In this document: piece after piece, positions 36,983 to 47,372 of the stretch
How the letters are laid out: each line of letters opens with the position of its first letter
Numbering within the stretch: the first letter of the stretch is position 1
NCBI GenBank assembly: GCA_020633975.1
Contig: JACKCR010000010.1
Span: 65,839 to 129,838, forward strand
Length of the DNA stretch: 64,000 nucleotides
DNA from: Candidatus Eiseniibacteriota bacterium
GTDB lineage: Bacteria > Eisenbacteria > RBG-16-71-46 > CAIMUX01
Direction: 5' to 3'
The notes under the pieces: generated by a model
Told to the model about the DNA's origin: nothing
Databases searched by the model: none
Seen by the model: the letters and a program-made list of their open reading frames with translations, nothing else
Program-made: the position numbers and the translations under genes

Positions 36983-39889
36983 ATGACCATGCTCATCGTG
37001 ATTTTCGCACTGGTCCTCATCGCCATCCCCGTGTCGTTCGTGATGGGTATCGTCAACCATCAACGCACGAATCAGCTCCAACACAGGGTCACCGAACTCA
37101 CCGAGCTCTTGGAGAACCTGGGGCACGGGCAACACGGCGGAGACGGCGTCGATGCATCGTCCGGTCCGATCGATGACGCCCCGTTCTGGACGTTTCTGGG
37201 GTCAGGACTGGAGCCAGTGCCGGTCACGGATGCCGCCGCAGGTGAGGCAATGGAGGAGGGAGCCGTCGTCCCACCATCACAGCAGGACGTGGATCCCTGG
37301 GAGCTCGGGAAGCCACCGGAGCTGCCGCCCACTCGGACAACCTCACCGAAGCACCCGGTCTCCGTGGCGTCACGAGCCTCCAAGACGCCGCCGGAGGAAC
37401 CTCGTCCACCTCGACCGATCAGTCACACGGGTCGAGAAGACACGAACACCCCGGCGACTCCGGCAGGAGTCATCCCGGCGCTCGCGTTCGGAGCGGCCGG
37501 ACCCCGTTCGCATCCCCATCCTCGATCGATGGTGGATCTCGAGAGGATCTTTGGTGGGCAATGGCTGAGCTGGATCGGCGTACTCGCGCTCCTCGTCGGC
37601 TCCGGCTTCTTCCTCGGAGTCGACCTGGGAAGCAGTGTGCTCTCCGGGCTTCCGCAGGTGCTCATCGGAGTCGGTGCTGCGGTCGGCTTCAACGCAATGG
37701 GCCGGTACTGGAGCGAGCGTAGGGAACGCATCCTCGGCTTGTGTCTTCTCGGTGGCGGGATCGGGCTTCTCTACCTGGCGGCCTACGCGTCGTACGGATT
37801 CCACCAACTGGTGCCGCTCGCGTTCGTGTTCCCCTTGCTCCTCGTCGTCGCAACCGTGGGTGCTTTCATGGCGCTCGACCGGAACTCTCTGGTCATCGCC
37901 TCCCTCACGTTGGCCGGTGCTAGCGTCACGCCGTTCATCCTCGCGAGCGGCGATGCGCCCCGCGCACTCCTCCCGTACCTCGTGGCCGTGAACCTGGGAG
38001 CCGTCCTCGTTGGACAACGGCGGGGTGGCTGGACCGGCCTGCCGGCATCGTCGTTCGCCGTCAGCGTGCTCCTCGTCGCCACTTGGTTCGACGCCCAATA
38101 CGTGCCCGAACTCCGTGGGTTCGCGTTCTTCTTCCTCGCGGGATCGTGGCTCGTCTTTGCAGTCGCGCCGTGGCTCTGGGAACGAACGACGGAACTCTGG
38201 AGCTACCTCCGGGCGATGGTGCTCACTCTCAACGGCCTCATGTTCGCACTCGCGTGCTACGTGCTTCTCGAGGGCGGACTGGAATCCTGGCAAGGCCCGA
38301 TGTTGCTCGTACTCGCAACGGCCTACGTCATTCTCAGCCGCATCATGCGGACGAGGCATGGCGAGGACGCCGCCACTCGACTGACCTTCTGCGTCGGCGT
38401 TGCACTCGCGGCACTCTTCGCACCCGTGCAGTTCGATCAGGCGTCTGTCACTCTCGTCTGGCTCGCCTTGGCCGCGGTTCTCGTCTACTCCGGACTTCGC
38501 GAGCGCGATCTCTGGCAGCGCGTCTCGGGGCTCGCCGTCCTCACGTTGGCGCTCTTCCGCTCTGTGCTCTTCGAGATCCCGCAGACAGTGCCGATGGGCC
38601 GGGAGATCTTGCCGATCTGGAACGCCGAGTTCGTCGCCGGTGTCGCGCTCGTCGCCGTCCTCGTTTGGCTCGCCCGGATCTACCCGCGCTACGAGACCAC
38701 CCTGCGACCCGAAGAGGCGTTGCTCTGGAGACCCTTGCAAGTACTCGCAGCAGGGGTCGGAATCGAACGCGCGTCGGCAGAGCTCCTTTGGTTCTTCCAG
38801 TGGCGTGGCGACCGCCTCGGTATCGAGTTCGCCCTCACGGCTGCCAACTGGCTCGCGATTCTCTGGGTGATCTACGGCGCTGCCGTCCTCCTCAGGGGAG
38901 AGAAGTCCGGCTTCCGCGCGCTGAGACTCACGGGTGAGATCGTTCTGGCCGGCGGTGCGGTTCTCTCTGGATTCATGGCCGTGGGTCCCGTACCCGGTGG
39001 ATACTGGCCCCTGTTCAATCTCACGCTGTTCCAGGGAGGCATCGCGGTCGTCTTCCTAGGCGGTCTCTTCTGGTGGTTCCACCGAGACGACCTCGAAGGA
39101 GTCCTTCCGGCTTCCTACTACGGCTCGCCACTCCTCATCGCCACGGCATCGCTCCTTCTCGTCACCCTCTCCGCCGAGGTCTTCCGTTTCGTCCCGTGGC
39201 TGGAAACCCGGTTCGGACGGGACTTCGGTGTGTTGGAACCGTTCGCGCTCGCGTCCTTCTGGGGCGTGTACGCGGCAGCCGCCATCGTTTGGGGAACGAG
39301 AAGGAAGGACGAGCCGCTTCGCATCTTCGGGGACCTCGTCCTGGCCTTGGCCACGCTCTCGACCATAACGCTCGTGCTCAGCCCCTCGCATGTGGAGTAT
39401 CGCCCGATCCTGAACGCGACCTTCCTCGAAGGCGTGGGCATCGTCGCGATCCTGGGTGGGCTGTTCTGGTGGTTCCATCGAGAAGGTCGGGACTCGAAGG
39501 TCCCCACCGAGTACTACGGAGCACCTCTCCTCCTGGCGGCCCTCGTGCTTCTGTTCCTCGAAGTCTCCGTCGAGGTCCAGAGTTTCTTCAAACTGAGGAA
39601 TGCCACCACCGCGGGCGGAGAACTCCAGAGCATGCTCGGCCTCTCCGTGACCTGGGCGCTCTACTCCGGCGCCGTCATCGTGAGTGGATTCGTGCGTCGG
39701 TATCGACCGGTGCGTCTCCTTGGCATCTCGCTGCTCGCACTGACGGTGCTCAAGGTGTTCGTCGTCGACCTGCAGGCGCTGGACCGTGGGTATCGGATCG
39801 TCGCGTTCCTGGTACTCGGCGTCCTCTCCCTCGCCATCTCTGTGTTGTATCAACGGGAGCGCGCGGCCACACCCAGGGAGGCGGAGTAG
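36983..39889 (+). CDS. Large integral membrane protein, DUF2339-like. It has an N-terminal TM, a coiled coil, a Pro-rich linker and more than 20 TM helices.
   Basis: GGAGG SD. Architecture and length match DUF2339 proteins. It has internal repeated TM blocks (GGLFWWFHR appears twice). Confidence 0.6.
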   Translation: MTMLIVIFALVLIAIPVSFVMGIVNHQRTNQLQHRVTELTELLENLGHGQHGGDGVDASSGPIDDAPFWTFLGSGLEPVPVTDAAAGEAMEEGAVVPPSQQDVDPWELGKPPELPPTRTTSPKHPVSVASRASKTPPEEPRPPRPISHTGREDTNTPATPAGVIPALAFGAAGPRSHPHPRSMVDLERIFGGQWLSWIGVLALLVGSGFFLGVDLGSSVLSGLPQVLIGVGAAVGFNAMGRYWSERRERILGLCLLGGGIGLLYLAAYASYGFHQLVPLAFVFPLLLVVATVGAFMALDRNSLVIASLTLAGASVTPFILASGDAPRALLPYLVAVNLGAVLVGQRRGGWTGLPASSFAVSVLLVATWFDAQYVPELRGFAFFFLAGSWLVFAVAPWLWERTTELWSYLRAMVLTLNGLMFALACYVLLEGGLESWQGPMLLVLATAYVILSRIMRTRHGEDAATRLTFCVGVALAALFAPVQFDQASVTLVWLALAAVLVYSGLRERDLWQRVSGLAVLTLALFRSVLFEIPQTVPMGREILPIWNAEFVAGVALVAVLVWLARIYPRYETTLRPEEALLWRPLQVLAAGVGIERASAELLWFFQWRGDRLGIEFALTAANWLAILWVIYGAAVLLRGEKSGFRALRLTGEIVLAGGAVLSGFMAVGPVPGGYWPLFNLTLFQGGIAVVFLGGLFWWFHRDDLEGVLPASYYGSPLLIATASLLLVTLSAEVFRFVPWLETRFGRDFGVLEPFALASFWGVYAAAAIVWGTRRKDEPLRIFGDLVLALATLSTITLVLSPSHVEYRPILNATFLEGVGIVAILGGLFWWFHREGRDSKVPTEYYGAPLLLAALVLLFLEVSVEVQSFFKLRNATTAGGELQSMLGLSVTWALYSGAVIVSGFVRRYRPVRLLGISLLALTVLKVFVVDLQALDRGYRIVAFLVLGVLSLAISVLYQRERAATPREAE

Positions 39890-39976
39890 CCATCAACAGC
39901 TGACTCCGGCCACCCGGAATCGCTATTCTCTTCCTGGCCGAATGCAACGTTGCCCATCCCACTCGAGGAGGTCCCC

Positions 39977-42697
39977 ATGCGCCCCGGTTCCCGTCCCCTA
40001 GCCACTCTGGCCTCCCTTTCCATCTTGGCACTGAGTACGGCGGTTCCTGCGGCGATGGCGACCACCGCCGCGCTCGGAACGGGCCAGGTGGACCTCTCTC
40101 GGCTTCAGCTCGACGATCCGGACGGGAACCCTCCGGCCCCGCTCCAGACGGTCGTCGACCTGCGCCAGGCTCCCCTTACTCCGGAGGCCTTCCGACTCGA
40201 CCTCGCGAACACCGCCTCCGACCGTGGCTCGATCGCGCCCGTCTTCATCGAGGCGGGAATGGACCCCGAAGGTGACGACGTCGCAGGTACCGTGTTCTCT
40301 CCCGACGGCTCGAAGGTGTTGATCGCGGAGCGGGGTTCCAAGAACGTGATGGTCTGGAACGCAGACGGCACGTTCGACCAGGCGATCGCGGTGAGCGGCA
40401 CGCCCAGCTCGATCGCGGTCACGCCCGACGGCGCCTACGCGCTCGTCACCGATCTCTTCGAGGACGCAGTCTCGATCCTCGATCTCGGCACCGGCAGCGA
40501 GACCTCAGTCGTATCTGTCGGGGACCAGCCGAGCTTCGTCGCGGTGAACCCGAGCGGGACTTTGGCTGCCGTAGCGAACGGCGTGGACAGCTCCGTCTCG
40601 ATCCTGTCGCTCCCGAGCGGAACGGTCGAGCGAACGATCTCGGGCGTGAATTTCCAGGGCCAGTTCTCGTTCAACTTCGAGAGCGGCGCGATCGGGTTCC
40701 GGACCTACGGCTTCGAGTTCGTGAGCGACTCGATTCTCGCGCACGTTGACTTCGCCGCGCAGGCGTTCCTCTTCATCGACGCGACCAACGGAAGCATCAA
40801 CTCGCTCCCGATCGCGGCTTCGCCGACGCGAATGGGCATCTCTGCTGACAAGAGCACCATCGTCGTCGCCCACACCAGCTCGACCCGTCTCCTCACCGTC
40901 CTCGATGCGGGGTCTCAGTCGATCATCAAGACGATCTCGACCCCGGTCGATCTCTTCGGCGGCGCCGTCTGCGTCGACCCAACGGGAACGAAGGCGGTTG
41001 CGTCGGTGCAGAACGCGTGCATCGTGGTCGATCTCGTGACGGACGCCGTCTCTCCCAACCTCGACACCGCGAGCGTGAATGAACTCATCACCACTTCGGA
41101 TGGCCTCTACGCGCTCTGCGTCGGCTTCCGTGGCTCCCTCATCTCGTTCGCGAGCGCGACGCTGGTCAAGAACCTCAACAACCTCGTGAGCGTTTCCTAC
41201 GGCGCGGTCTCCCCGATCGAGGCCCGGGCCGTGATGGCCGCCGACGTGTTCGGTGAGGACCTCCTCTTCCTCGACACCAACGGTTCCGCCGGTTTCCTCG
41301 ACATCCAGACTCTGACGGGTCCGCCGGCCGAAGGCGACAAGGCCCGCATCCTCGCGATCAGCCCAGACGGCACGATGGCAGCGGTCACGCAGATCTTCAG
41401 TGACAACGTCGGCTTCTACGACCTCACGACTGGCACGCACATCACGACGATCGCCACTGGCAACCGTCCCGGTGAAGTGGAGTGGACTCCCGACGGGTCG
41501 AAGGTCTGCATCGCGAACATGGACTCGTCGTTCCTCACCGTGATCGACGTACCTGGATTCACCGTGACGACCGTCCCTCTCTCGACGCGTGCGAGCCAGG
41601 TCGAGATCTCGCCGGACAGCCGCTACGCGTACGTGTGCGTCGTCGCCTCCGGTGACGGAGTCTGGCGCGTCGACCTCGACACCAACACACTCGCTGGCGC
41701 CAAGATCCTGACCGGCGACATGGGTGGCGTCTCGTTCCTCTACAGCCAGACGAGCGGTATGACGCTCTCGCACGACGGAAGCATCCTCGCCGTCTGTGGC
41801 TCCTTCACCGACAACATCTCGTTCATCGATACGGCGAGCTGGACGCTGCTCGGCAACACCACGGTCGGCGACTTCCCCGTCCGCGCGCTCTTCAGCGACG
41901 ACGACAGCCAGCTCTACGTGACCTGCCGGGACGACGATCGGATCCGGATCATGGACACGAGCACGCGGCTCGTGACCGGCCTCGTCGTGGTCGGAGACTG
42001 GCCGTTCGAGATGGCTCTCTCCCCCGATCAGTCCACCCTCTACGTGCTCAACTTCCTCGACCAAAACGTGGGAGTAATCGACCTCGAAGCGGCGCTCCAG
42101 ACGAGCACGATCCCGCTCCCGAACTCGCCCGCCGGCATCGCACTGGCTTCGAGCGGAACGGAGCTCCTCGTCCCGACCGGAACGTCCAGCGCATCGTTCG
42201 GCCCCGGGCTGCTCTTCCAGCTCTCCGCCGTGGGAGAGCTCAACATCATCGACATGGAGACGAACACGATCGCGGATCAGATCGACACCGGCGTGCCCGC
42301 AGCGATGGTGGACTACCACGCGTCTTCACAGCGGGTCGCCGTTCCCTCACCGGCCATCGATGGGCTCTACGTGATCCAGCTCCAGGACCCGGCGGCCATC
42401 GATCCGAGCACGCCTGTGTCGCTCGAAGAGGGACTTGTCCGTGCTTTGCCGAACCCGGTCGTCGAAGGCGTCCGTCTCGACCTTCAGCTGAGCGAAGCCG
42501 GCGAGGTCAGTGCGACGATCCACGACGCGTCCGGTCGTCTCGTCCGCACGTTCGCCCGCGAATCCGCGCGCGCTGGTGAGCACTCGTTGACGTGGGACCG
42601 TACCGACGATCGCGGCGTTCGGGTAGAACCGGGCGTCTACTTCGTCCGTGTCCTCGCAGGTACGAACGAGTACTCGCGTAAGCTGGTCGTCCGGTAG
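39977..42697 (+). CDS. Secreted YVTN-type beta-propeller repeat protein with a C-terminal FlgD-Ig/T9SS-type sorting domain.
   Basis: Signal peptide MRPGSRPLATLASLSILALSTAVPAAMA. Repeated about 40-aa units (S.D...YV...N.VSVID). C-terminal GEVSATIHDASGRLVRTF...LTWDRTDDRGVRVEPGVYFVRVLAG. Confidence 0.8.
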   Translation: MRPGSRPLATLASLSILALSTAVPAAMATTAALGTGQVDLSRLQLDDPDGNPPAPLQTVVDLRQAPLTPEAFRLDLANTASDRGSIAPVFIEAGMDPEGDDVAGTVFSPDGSKVLIAERGSKNVMVWNADGTFDQAIAVSGTPSSIAVTPDGAYALVTDLFEDAVSILDLGTGSETSVVSVGDQPSFVAVNPSGTLAAVANGVDSSVSILSLPSGTVERTISGVNFQGQFSFNFESGAIGFRTYGFEFVSDSILAHVDFAAQAFLFIDATNGSINSLPIAASPTRMGISADKSTIVVAHTSSTRLLTVLDAGSQSIIKTISTPVDLFGGAVCVDPTGTKAVASVQNACIVVDLVTDAVSPNLDTASVNELITTSDGLYALCVGFRGSLISFASATLVKNLNNLVSVSYGAVSPIEARAVMAADVFGEDLLFLDTNGSAGFLDIQTLTGPPAEGDKARILAISPDGTMAAVTQIFSDNVGFYDLTTGTHITTIATGNRPGEVEWTPDGSKVCIANMDSSFLTVIDVPGFTVTTVPLSTRASQVEISPDSRYAYVCVVASGDGVWRVDLDTNTLAGAKILTGDMGGVSFLYSQTSGMTLSHDGSILAVCGSFTDNISFIDTASWTLLGNTTVGDFPVRALFSDDDSQLYVTCRDDDRIRIMDTSTRLVTGLVVVGDWPFEMALSPDQSTLYVLNFLDQNVGVIDLEAALQTSTIPLPNSPAGIALASSGTELLVPTGTSSASFGPGLLFQLSAVGELNIIDMETNTIADQIDTGVPAAMVDYHASSQRVAVPSPAIDGLYVIQLQDPAAIDPSTPVSLEEGLVRALPNPVVEGVRLDLQLSEAGEVSATIHDASGRLVRTFARESARAGEHSLTWDRTDDRGVRVEPGVYFVRVLAGTNEYSRKLVVR

Positions 42698-42718
42698 CGC
42701 GACGGGGTCAGACGAGCG

Positions 42719-43972
42719 TTGAGTACCCACGACGGAAAGGACGGTACTGGGATCCCGAGAGCTCGCCGGCCGCAACGGAACGCGCAAGAGATCGTCGTAC
42801 GTCGAGCGCGCGAAGGCGATGTCGATGACCTCGTGCGCATGTCACGGCTGCTGGATGCACACGAGGTCGCCAGCGCGGCCAACGCCGGTGCACAGGTCGG
42901 CGACGGTGCAAAGGCCCGTGGCGGAGCAAAGGTCGGCGCTGGTGCACGGGTCAGTGCCGACGTCCGGACCGAAGCCGGCAATGCGGCCCTTCGCCGCAAG
43001 TTTCTCGGCCGGATTTCGGATCCCCAAGTCGCACCGTTCGTGGCGGAACTGGCGGAAGAGCGGATCGTGGGAACGCTGACGGTCAAGCGTCTCGACTTTC
43101 CGGGGTGCACCCCTTCTCGTGCCGGCCTTGTCTCCCAAGTCTGGATCGACCCGGAGTTCCGGAGACTCGGGATCACACGGCGATTGCTGCGCGGCTCCTT
43201 TGACTTCCTTCGAAGCCAAGATCTCGACCTCGTCCTACTCAACTTCGCCGCTGGGAACCAAGAGGCCGAGCGAACGTGGACGTCCCTCGGATTTCAGCCC
43301 ATGGAGTCCGTATCGGTCCGCGTCAAGTGCGTCCACTCCGACTCTGCGTCGATCCCGGATCCAGTTCGGTTCGCGACGCCTTCGCCTTTGCCTTCGCCCT
43401 CGCCCTCGACTTCACCTTCGCTTTTGCCTTTGCCCTTGCCTTTCCCCTTGGCCTCGCCTTCGGACGATGTGTCGATTCGTCCTGCTCGAGGGGAAGACCT
43501 CGAAGCTGTCGTCGGCTTGTACGAGAACTGGTCCGACCACTGTCGTTTGGTCGCGCCGCTCGTACCGTCACCCACCGAGGAGACTATCCGAGCACGTGTG
43601 GAACGAGTCCGACGCGAAATGGAGAGGCGGGACCAGTTCCTTCTCGTCGCGGCCGAATCCACTGGAGCCATCGTCGGGTTCGCGAGCGCGCGCGTCGACA
43701 CAGATGGAGAGGAGCCTGCCAACCGCACCCTCGTCGCGAATCCCGTCTGGGTCGAACCTGCATTCCGACGTCGGGGAGTCGGCCGAGCGCTCTTCGGCGC
43801 CCTCGAGTCTCTTTGCGAGGGGCTCGGTGTGGAGCGAGTAGAGTGGGCGGGCTTCGGAGATCGATCCGGGGACGCAACTCGGGGCGCCCTCGGGTTCCGC
43901 CCGTACCATGTGTTCGCCTACACGACGCTGAGCGAGCTCGGAGACCATCTGGAAGCACGAGTCGCCCAATGA
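42719..43972 (+). CDS. Tandem GNAT N-acetyltransferase (two acetyltransferase domains joined by a Pro/Ser-rich linker). The true start is possibly near 42770.
   Basis: Two acetyl-CoA motif A blocks, QVWIDPEFRRLGITRRLL and NPVWVEPAFRRRGVGRAL. The linker is PSPLPSPSPSTSPSLLPLPLPFPLASPS. Confidence 0.7.
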   Translation: MSTHDGKDGTGIPRARRPQRNAQEIVVRRAREGDVDDLVRMSRLLDAHEVASAANAGAQVGDGAKARGGAKVGAGARVSADVRTEAGNAALRRKFLGRISDPQVAPFVAELAEERIVGTLTVKRLDFPGCTPSRAGLVSQVWIDPEFRRLGITRRLLRGSFDFLRSQDLDLVLLNFAAGNQEAERTWTSLGFQPMESVSVRVKCVHSDSASIPDPVRFATPSPLPSPSPSTSPSLLPLPLPFPLASPSDDVSIRPARGEDLEAVVGLYENWSDHCRLVAPLVPSPTEETIRARVERVRREMERRDQFLLVAAESTGAIVGFASARVDTDGEEPANRTLVANPVWVEPAFRRRGVGRALFGALESLCEGLGVERVEWAGFGDRSGDATRGALGFRPYHVFAYTTLSELGDHLEARVAQ

Positions 43973-43985
43973 GAGAGAGTCGCCC

Positions 43986-44564
43986 GTGAGAACGAACCGT
44001 TTCGGACTCTCATCGTTCGTCGCGTTCGCATTGGTCGTCGTGCTTGGCGCTTGCAGCTCCGGGGAGACGGACACGACCGACGGTACATCGCCGAAGGTAG
44101 TGTTCATGTCCAAGGTGGAGTCAGAGTCCCGGGTGGAGTCCAAGTCGGAGTCGGAGTCCCCGGTGGAGTCCAAGCCCAGATCGGAGTGGATCGTTCTTCC
44201 CGCACCACGACTCGACGCGGCCGTCGGCTACCGCGACGGTGCGCGCACGCGGGCCCGGTTCGTCTTCCTAACTTCTGATGGCGACGGGCTCCAAATCGAC
44301 CTCCTCACGGAGCAGACGCCCACGCCAAGACTCATCCAAGGTGTATGGACCCAAGGCGGCACATCGCAACGGACCGCGGGCACCGTTCGCGCCGACAACC
44401 TCCACTTCCTGGGCGGACAAGGCGGACGCCCGAGTTTGGGTGGACGACTCGTGCTGCTCGACTCGGATTCGGAAGAGGTCCTGCGACTCGCCTTCCCTCC
44501 CTTGGAGCTCGAGCCTATCCGCCCCGGTGGATTGGGGCCGGTCGACAGCGAAGATTCTCGCTGA
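43986..44564 (+). CDS. Hypothetical lipoprotein with an acidic (VESxS) repeat.
   Basis: Signal plus lipobox LGAC. The repeat is VESESRVESKSESESPVESK. Confidence 0.45.
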   Translation: MRTNRFGLSSFVAFALVVVLGACSSGETDTTDGTSPKVVFMSKVESESRVESKSESESPVESKPRSEWIVLPAPRLDAAVGYRDGARTRARFVFLTSDGDGLQIDLLTEQTPTPRLIQGVWTQGGTSQRTAGTVRADNLHFLGGQGGRPSLGGRLVLLDSDSEEVLRLAFPPLELEPIRPGGLGPVDSEDSR

Positions 44565-44581
44565 ACGCTGGTGGACCAGAT

Positions 44582-45250
44582 TCACTGACGGTTTGGATCG
44601 ACTCTCGTCTCGAGACTCGCGTCGACGACCTGCGCTGGCCAGTCACCGTCAGGTCTCCACTGGGTCCAGTCTGATAGGAACGGCTCGCGGGGCCACTCGG
44701 TCAGCTTCGCGGGCAGAGAACGTCGAGCCGCCTCGATTCCCGCTACGTCGGTGCTCGTGATGTGTCCCAACCGGACTCCGGCCCGGAACTGCTCCTCGTC
44801 CTTGACGATGTACGTACCGGGGTCGTCCGCTGGCACGACACAGTCCAAAGCGAGATCGAGAGTCTCGAAGCCGATCGGGGTTCGTTGGTAGGGCCGCTGG
44901 AAGTTGATGTACCAGCAAAGGTGCGTCCACGTCTCTGCCTGGAAGAGCATGCGGATGGCGAGGAACGTGTCTGGGTACAGGAACGTGAGCATGTGTGTCG
45001 ACGTCCACGCTCGACGTACCAGAGTCCACTCCCCCGATTCACGAATCGACCACGTCCTCGGACTGTGGCGATCTGCCGGTGGGAGTTCGAGGAGTCGATC
45101 CGGCATCAAGTACTCGGCGCCGGGACCGACATAGAGAACCGTCAGCTCACCGCTGTCTCGAACGATCGTCATCGGTTCCGCAAACCAGATCCTGTCGCGG
45201 ACAGTACCGGTTACTGTCACCACACTTCCCGGCTTCCAGAGATGGCTCAC
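44582..45250 (-). CDS. Hypothetical protein (222 aa), possibly DUF402-like.
   Basis: Clean ORF packed between neighbours. No firm motif. Confidence 0.4.
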   Translation of the reverse strand: MSHLWKPGSVVTVTGTVRDRIWFAEPMTIVRDSGELTVLYVGPGAEYLMPDRLLELPPADRHSPRTWSIRESGEWTLVRRAWTSTHMLTFLYPDTFLAIRMLFQAETWTHLCWYINFQRPYQRTPIGFETLDLALDCVVPADDPGTYIVKDEEQFRAGVRLGHITSTDVAGIEAARRSLPAKLTEWPREPFLSDWTQWRPDGDWPAQVVDASLETRVDPNRQ

Positions 45251-45279
45251 TCCTCTCCTCCACCCAGGTCAGTCGGCGA

Positions 45280-46053
45280 TCACGCGTCGAACGTAACGAT
45301 CACCGGCGCATGGTCGCTCGGCTTCTCCTGCCCCCGCTCGGTCAAATCGACTTCCACCTCTACACAGGCTCGTGCGGCCGGAGGTGTTGCGAGCACATGG
45401 TCGATCCGCAGACCTTGTCCCCGTTCGAATCCTCGCGTGCGGAAGTCGAACCAGGTGTAGAGACCGCCCTGCGGGTAGTGCTCGCGTACGAGATCGACGA
45501 ACCCGAGTTCTAGAATCGCCTCGAGGAACTCGCGTTCGGGGCCAGAGCAGAGGATCTTGTCGCGGAACCGCTCGGGGTCGTACACGTCGCGGTCGTCCCG
45601 CGTGATGTTGAAGTCGCCGAGCACGACGAGGGGCGTGCCGAGATCGTAGTAGCTGGCGAGGAAGTCGACGAGCCGCTCGAGCCAGATGAGCTTCCGTTCG
45701 TACTTCTCCGAACCGACCTTCTCGCCGTTGACCACGTAGAGGTCGAGGAACTGGATCCCACCGATCGTCCCACCGATCACCCGACGCTGCTCGTCCTCCG
45801 CGTCATCGGGGAATCCTCGGAAGACGTCCTCGATCGGCGTCTTCGAGAGGATGGCGACACCGTTGTAGGTCTTCTGGCCGTGGTGCACCGCTTCGTAACC
45901 GAGTTCCGAGAGGGCGTCCCAAGGAAACTCGTCGTCGACGCACTTCGTCTCCTGGAGACAGACCACGTCGGGTTCCTGCGCCTCGAGCCATGCGATGAGC
46001 CGGGGCAGACGGGCCCGAATGGAGTTGACGTTCCAGGTTGCCACGCGCATCAC
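45280..46053 (-). CDS. xth: Exodeoxyribonuclease III.
   Basis: MRVATWNVNSIRAR..., VVCLQETK, LGDFN and SDHAP are canonical Xth/APE1 endonuclease motifs. Confidence 0.9.
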   Translation of the reverse strand: MMRVATWNVNSIRARLPRLIAWLEAQEPDVVCLQETKCVDDEFPWDALSELGYEAVHHGQKTYNGVAILSKTPIEDVFRGFPDDAEDEQRRVIGGTIGGIQFLDLYVVNGEKVGSEKYERKLIWLERLVDFLASYYDLGTPLVVLGDFNITRDDRDVYDPERFRDKILCSGPEREFLEAILELGFVDLVREHYPQGGLYTWFDFRTRGFERGQGLRIDHVLATPPAARACVEVEVDLTERGQEKPSDHAPVIVTFDA

Positions 46054-46247
46054 GACCTCCGACCGAAGACACCGGCACTACGCTTCGCCCCGCACCGAGA
46101 CGATTCGCCCCGCGCCGAGAGGTCGCAGTCTAAACCAGAGGGTGGGCGGAATCAGCACCGTCGACAATGCTCGTCCGGGTATCCGCTCCGCCTAGGGAGG
46201 AGTGAGCAGGCAGGCAGACCCAGGAGCAACTCGTATACGCCGGGTCG

Positions 46248-47090
46248 CTACGCGGCGCGATCGTCAGCCCTCGACTCCTGCGTGAACCCCGCTGCGAGGA
46301 GCGCCCGTCCCCAGCTGTGCTGGTCCTCGGGCGTCAGCGCGGAGAAGAGCGCTTCGATCGGAGCTTCGGCATCCTTGCCGACCACGCGGGAGAAGTTGCG
46401 GAGCGAATGCTCGAGCCCGGGCTCCAACTGGATCAGGTGGCAGACGTACTTCGGATCCGCGTGGGACTTGCAGAGGTGGGCACCGACGAGGAGGAACAGG
46501 TGCGACGCCTCCCGTCGCGGCCGTTCCATCATCTCTGGCCTACCGAAGTAGTAGCCCTGGAACAGCTGGAACCCTTCATCTCGCGCGATCTGGAGGTCTT
46601 CCTCAGTCTCCACCTTCTCCGCGACGAACTGAACGGAGAAGCGATCGAGGAGCGCCTTCCGCTCCTCCGGAGAGGTGGTCGTCATCTCCAGCTTGATGAT
46701 GTCGGCGAGGGCGAGGAACGGGGTGAGACGCGGCGAGTAGATGAAGTCGTCGAGGGCGATCCGGTAGCCGAGCTTCCGGAGCTCCCGACACGCTTCGACC
46801 ACTTCACGGTCCGGCTCGATGTTCTCCAGAATCTCCACAACGGTGAGTTCGGACGGAAGGACTTTGGGGAGACCGGCGACGAGGGACTCACGGGAACAGT
46901 TGAGAAAGGCGGGAGCCCCGTTGGTGAGTTCACCGATGCCGAGGGTGAGCCCGCCTTCCAGGACGACACGCGAGGTGGCATCGTGGGGGTCGATGTCGGG
47001 GTAGCTGTTGCTCGTCCCGTCTCGGAAAAACAGCTCATAGCCTACGATCTTCAGATCGCGGTCAAGGATCGGCTGTCTCGCGATGCACAT
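46248..47090 (-). CDS. EAL-domain and HDOD-domain signalling protein (c-di-GMP-related; COG3434-like).
   Basis: QPILD...VGYELFFR (EAL N-terminus). ALDDFIY in place of the ELxxDDFGTG region. A C-terminal HDOD-like region. Confidence 0.7.
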   Translation of the reverse strand: MCIARQPILDRDLKIVGYELFFRDGTSNSYPDIDPHDATSRVVLEGGLTLGIGELTNGAPAFLNCSRESLVAGLPKVLPSELTVVEILENIEPDREVVEACRELRKLGYRIALDDFIYSPRLTPFLALADIIKLEMTTTSPEERKALLDRFSVQFVAEKVETEEDLQIARDEGFQLFQGYYFGRPEMMERPRREASHLFLLVGAHLCKSHADPKYVCHLIQLEPGLEHSLRNFSRVVGKDAEAPIEALFSALTPEDQHSWGRALLAAGFTQESRADDRAA

Positions 47091-47372
47091 GGACACGCGA
47101 TATCCACCCCCGGAACGGTCCTCGTCTAGGCCACCTTGGCAGGGAGTTGGCCTCCCACCCCTCCTCCTGGTATCGACGGATAGGGCAGGCGTCTGGAGCA
47201 AAGGTTGTGGCCGGAAGATTGCTGATGCTACCCACGCACACCATTATTTTCCAACTGCTTATGCCACGTCTCACGCAACTCATCCCGACCGCGGAGCCGG
47301 TTCCTGGTCATCTCATTGTCGGGTCAGCCCTCGCGGAGCCGGCGTCAGCAATCTTCCGGCCACCCCCCCGGA

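Noticed and set aside
37370-42319. Minus-strand ORFs 37370..38740, 39056..39853 and 40505..42319 (up to 604 aa).
   Set aside because: They are antisense to the DUF2339 and YVTN-propeller genes. Their translations are acidic/Arg-rich low complexity, and they are typical GC-skew artefacts.
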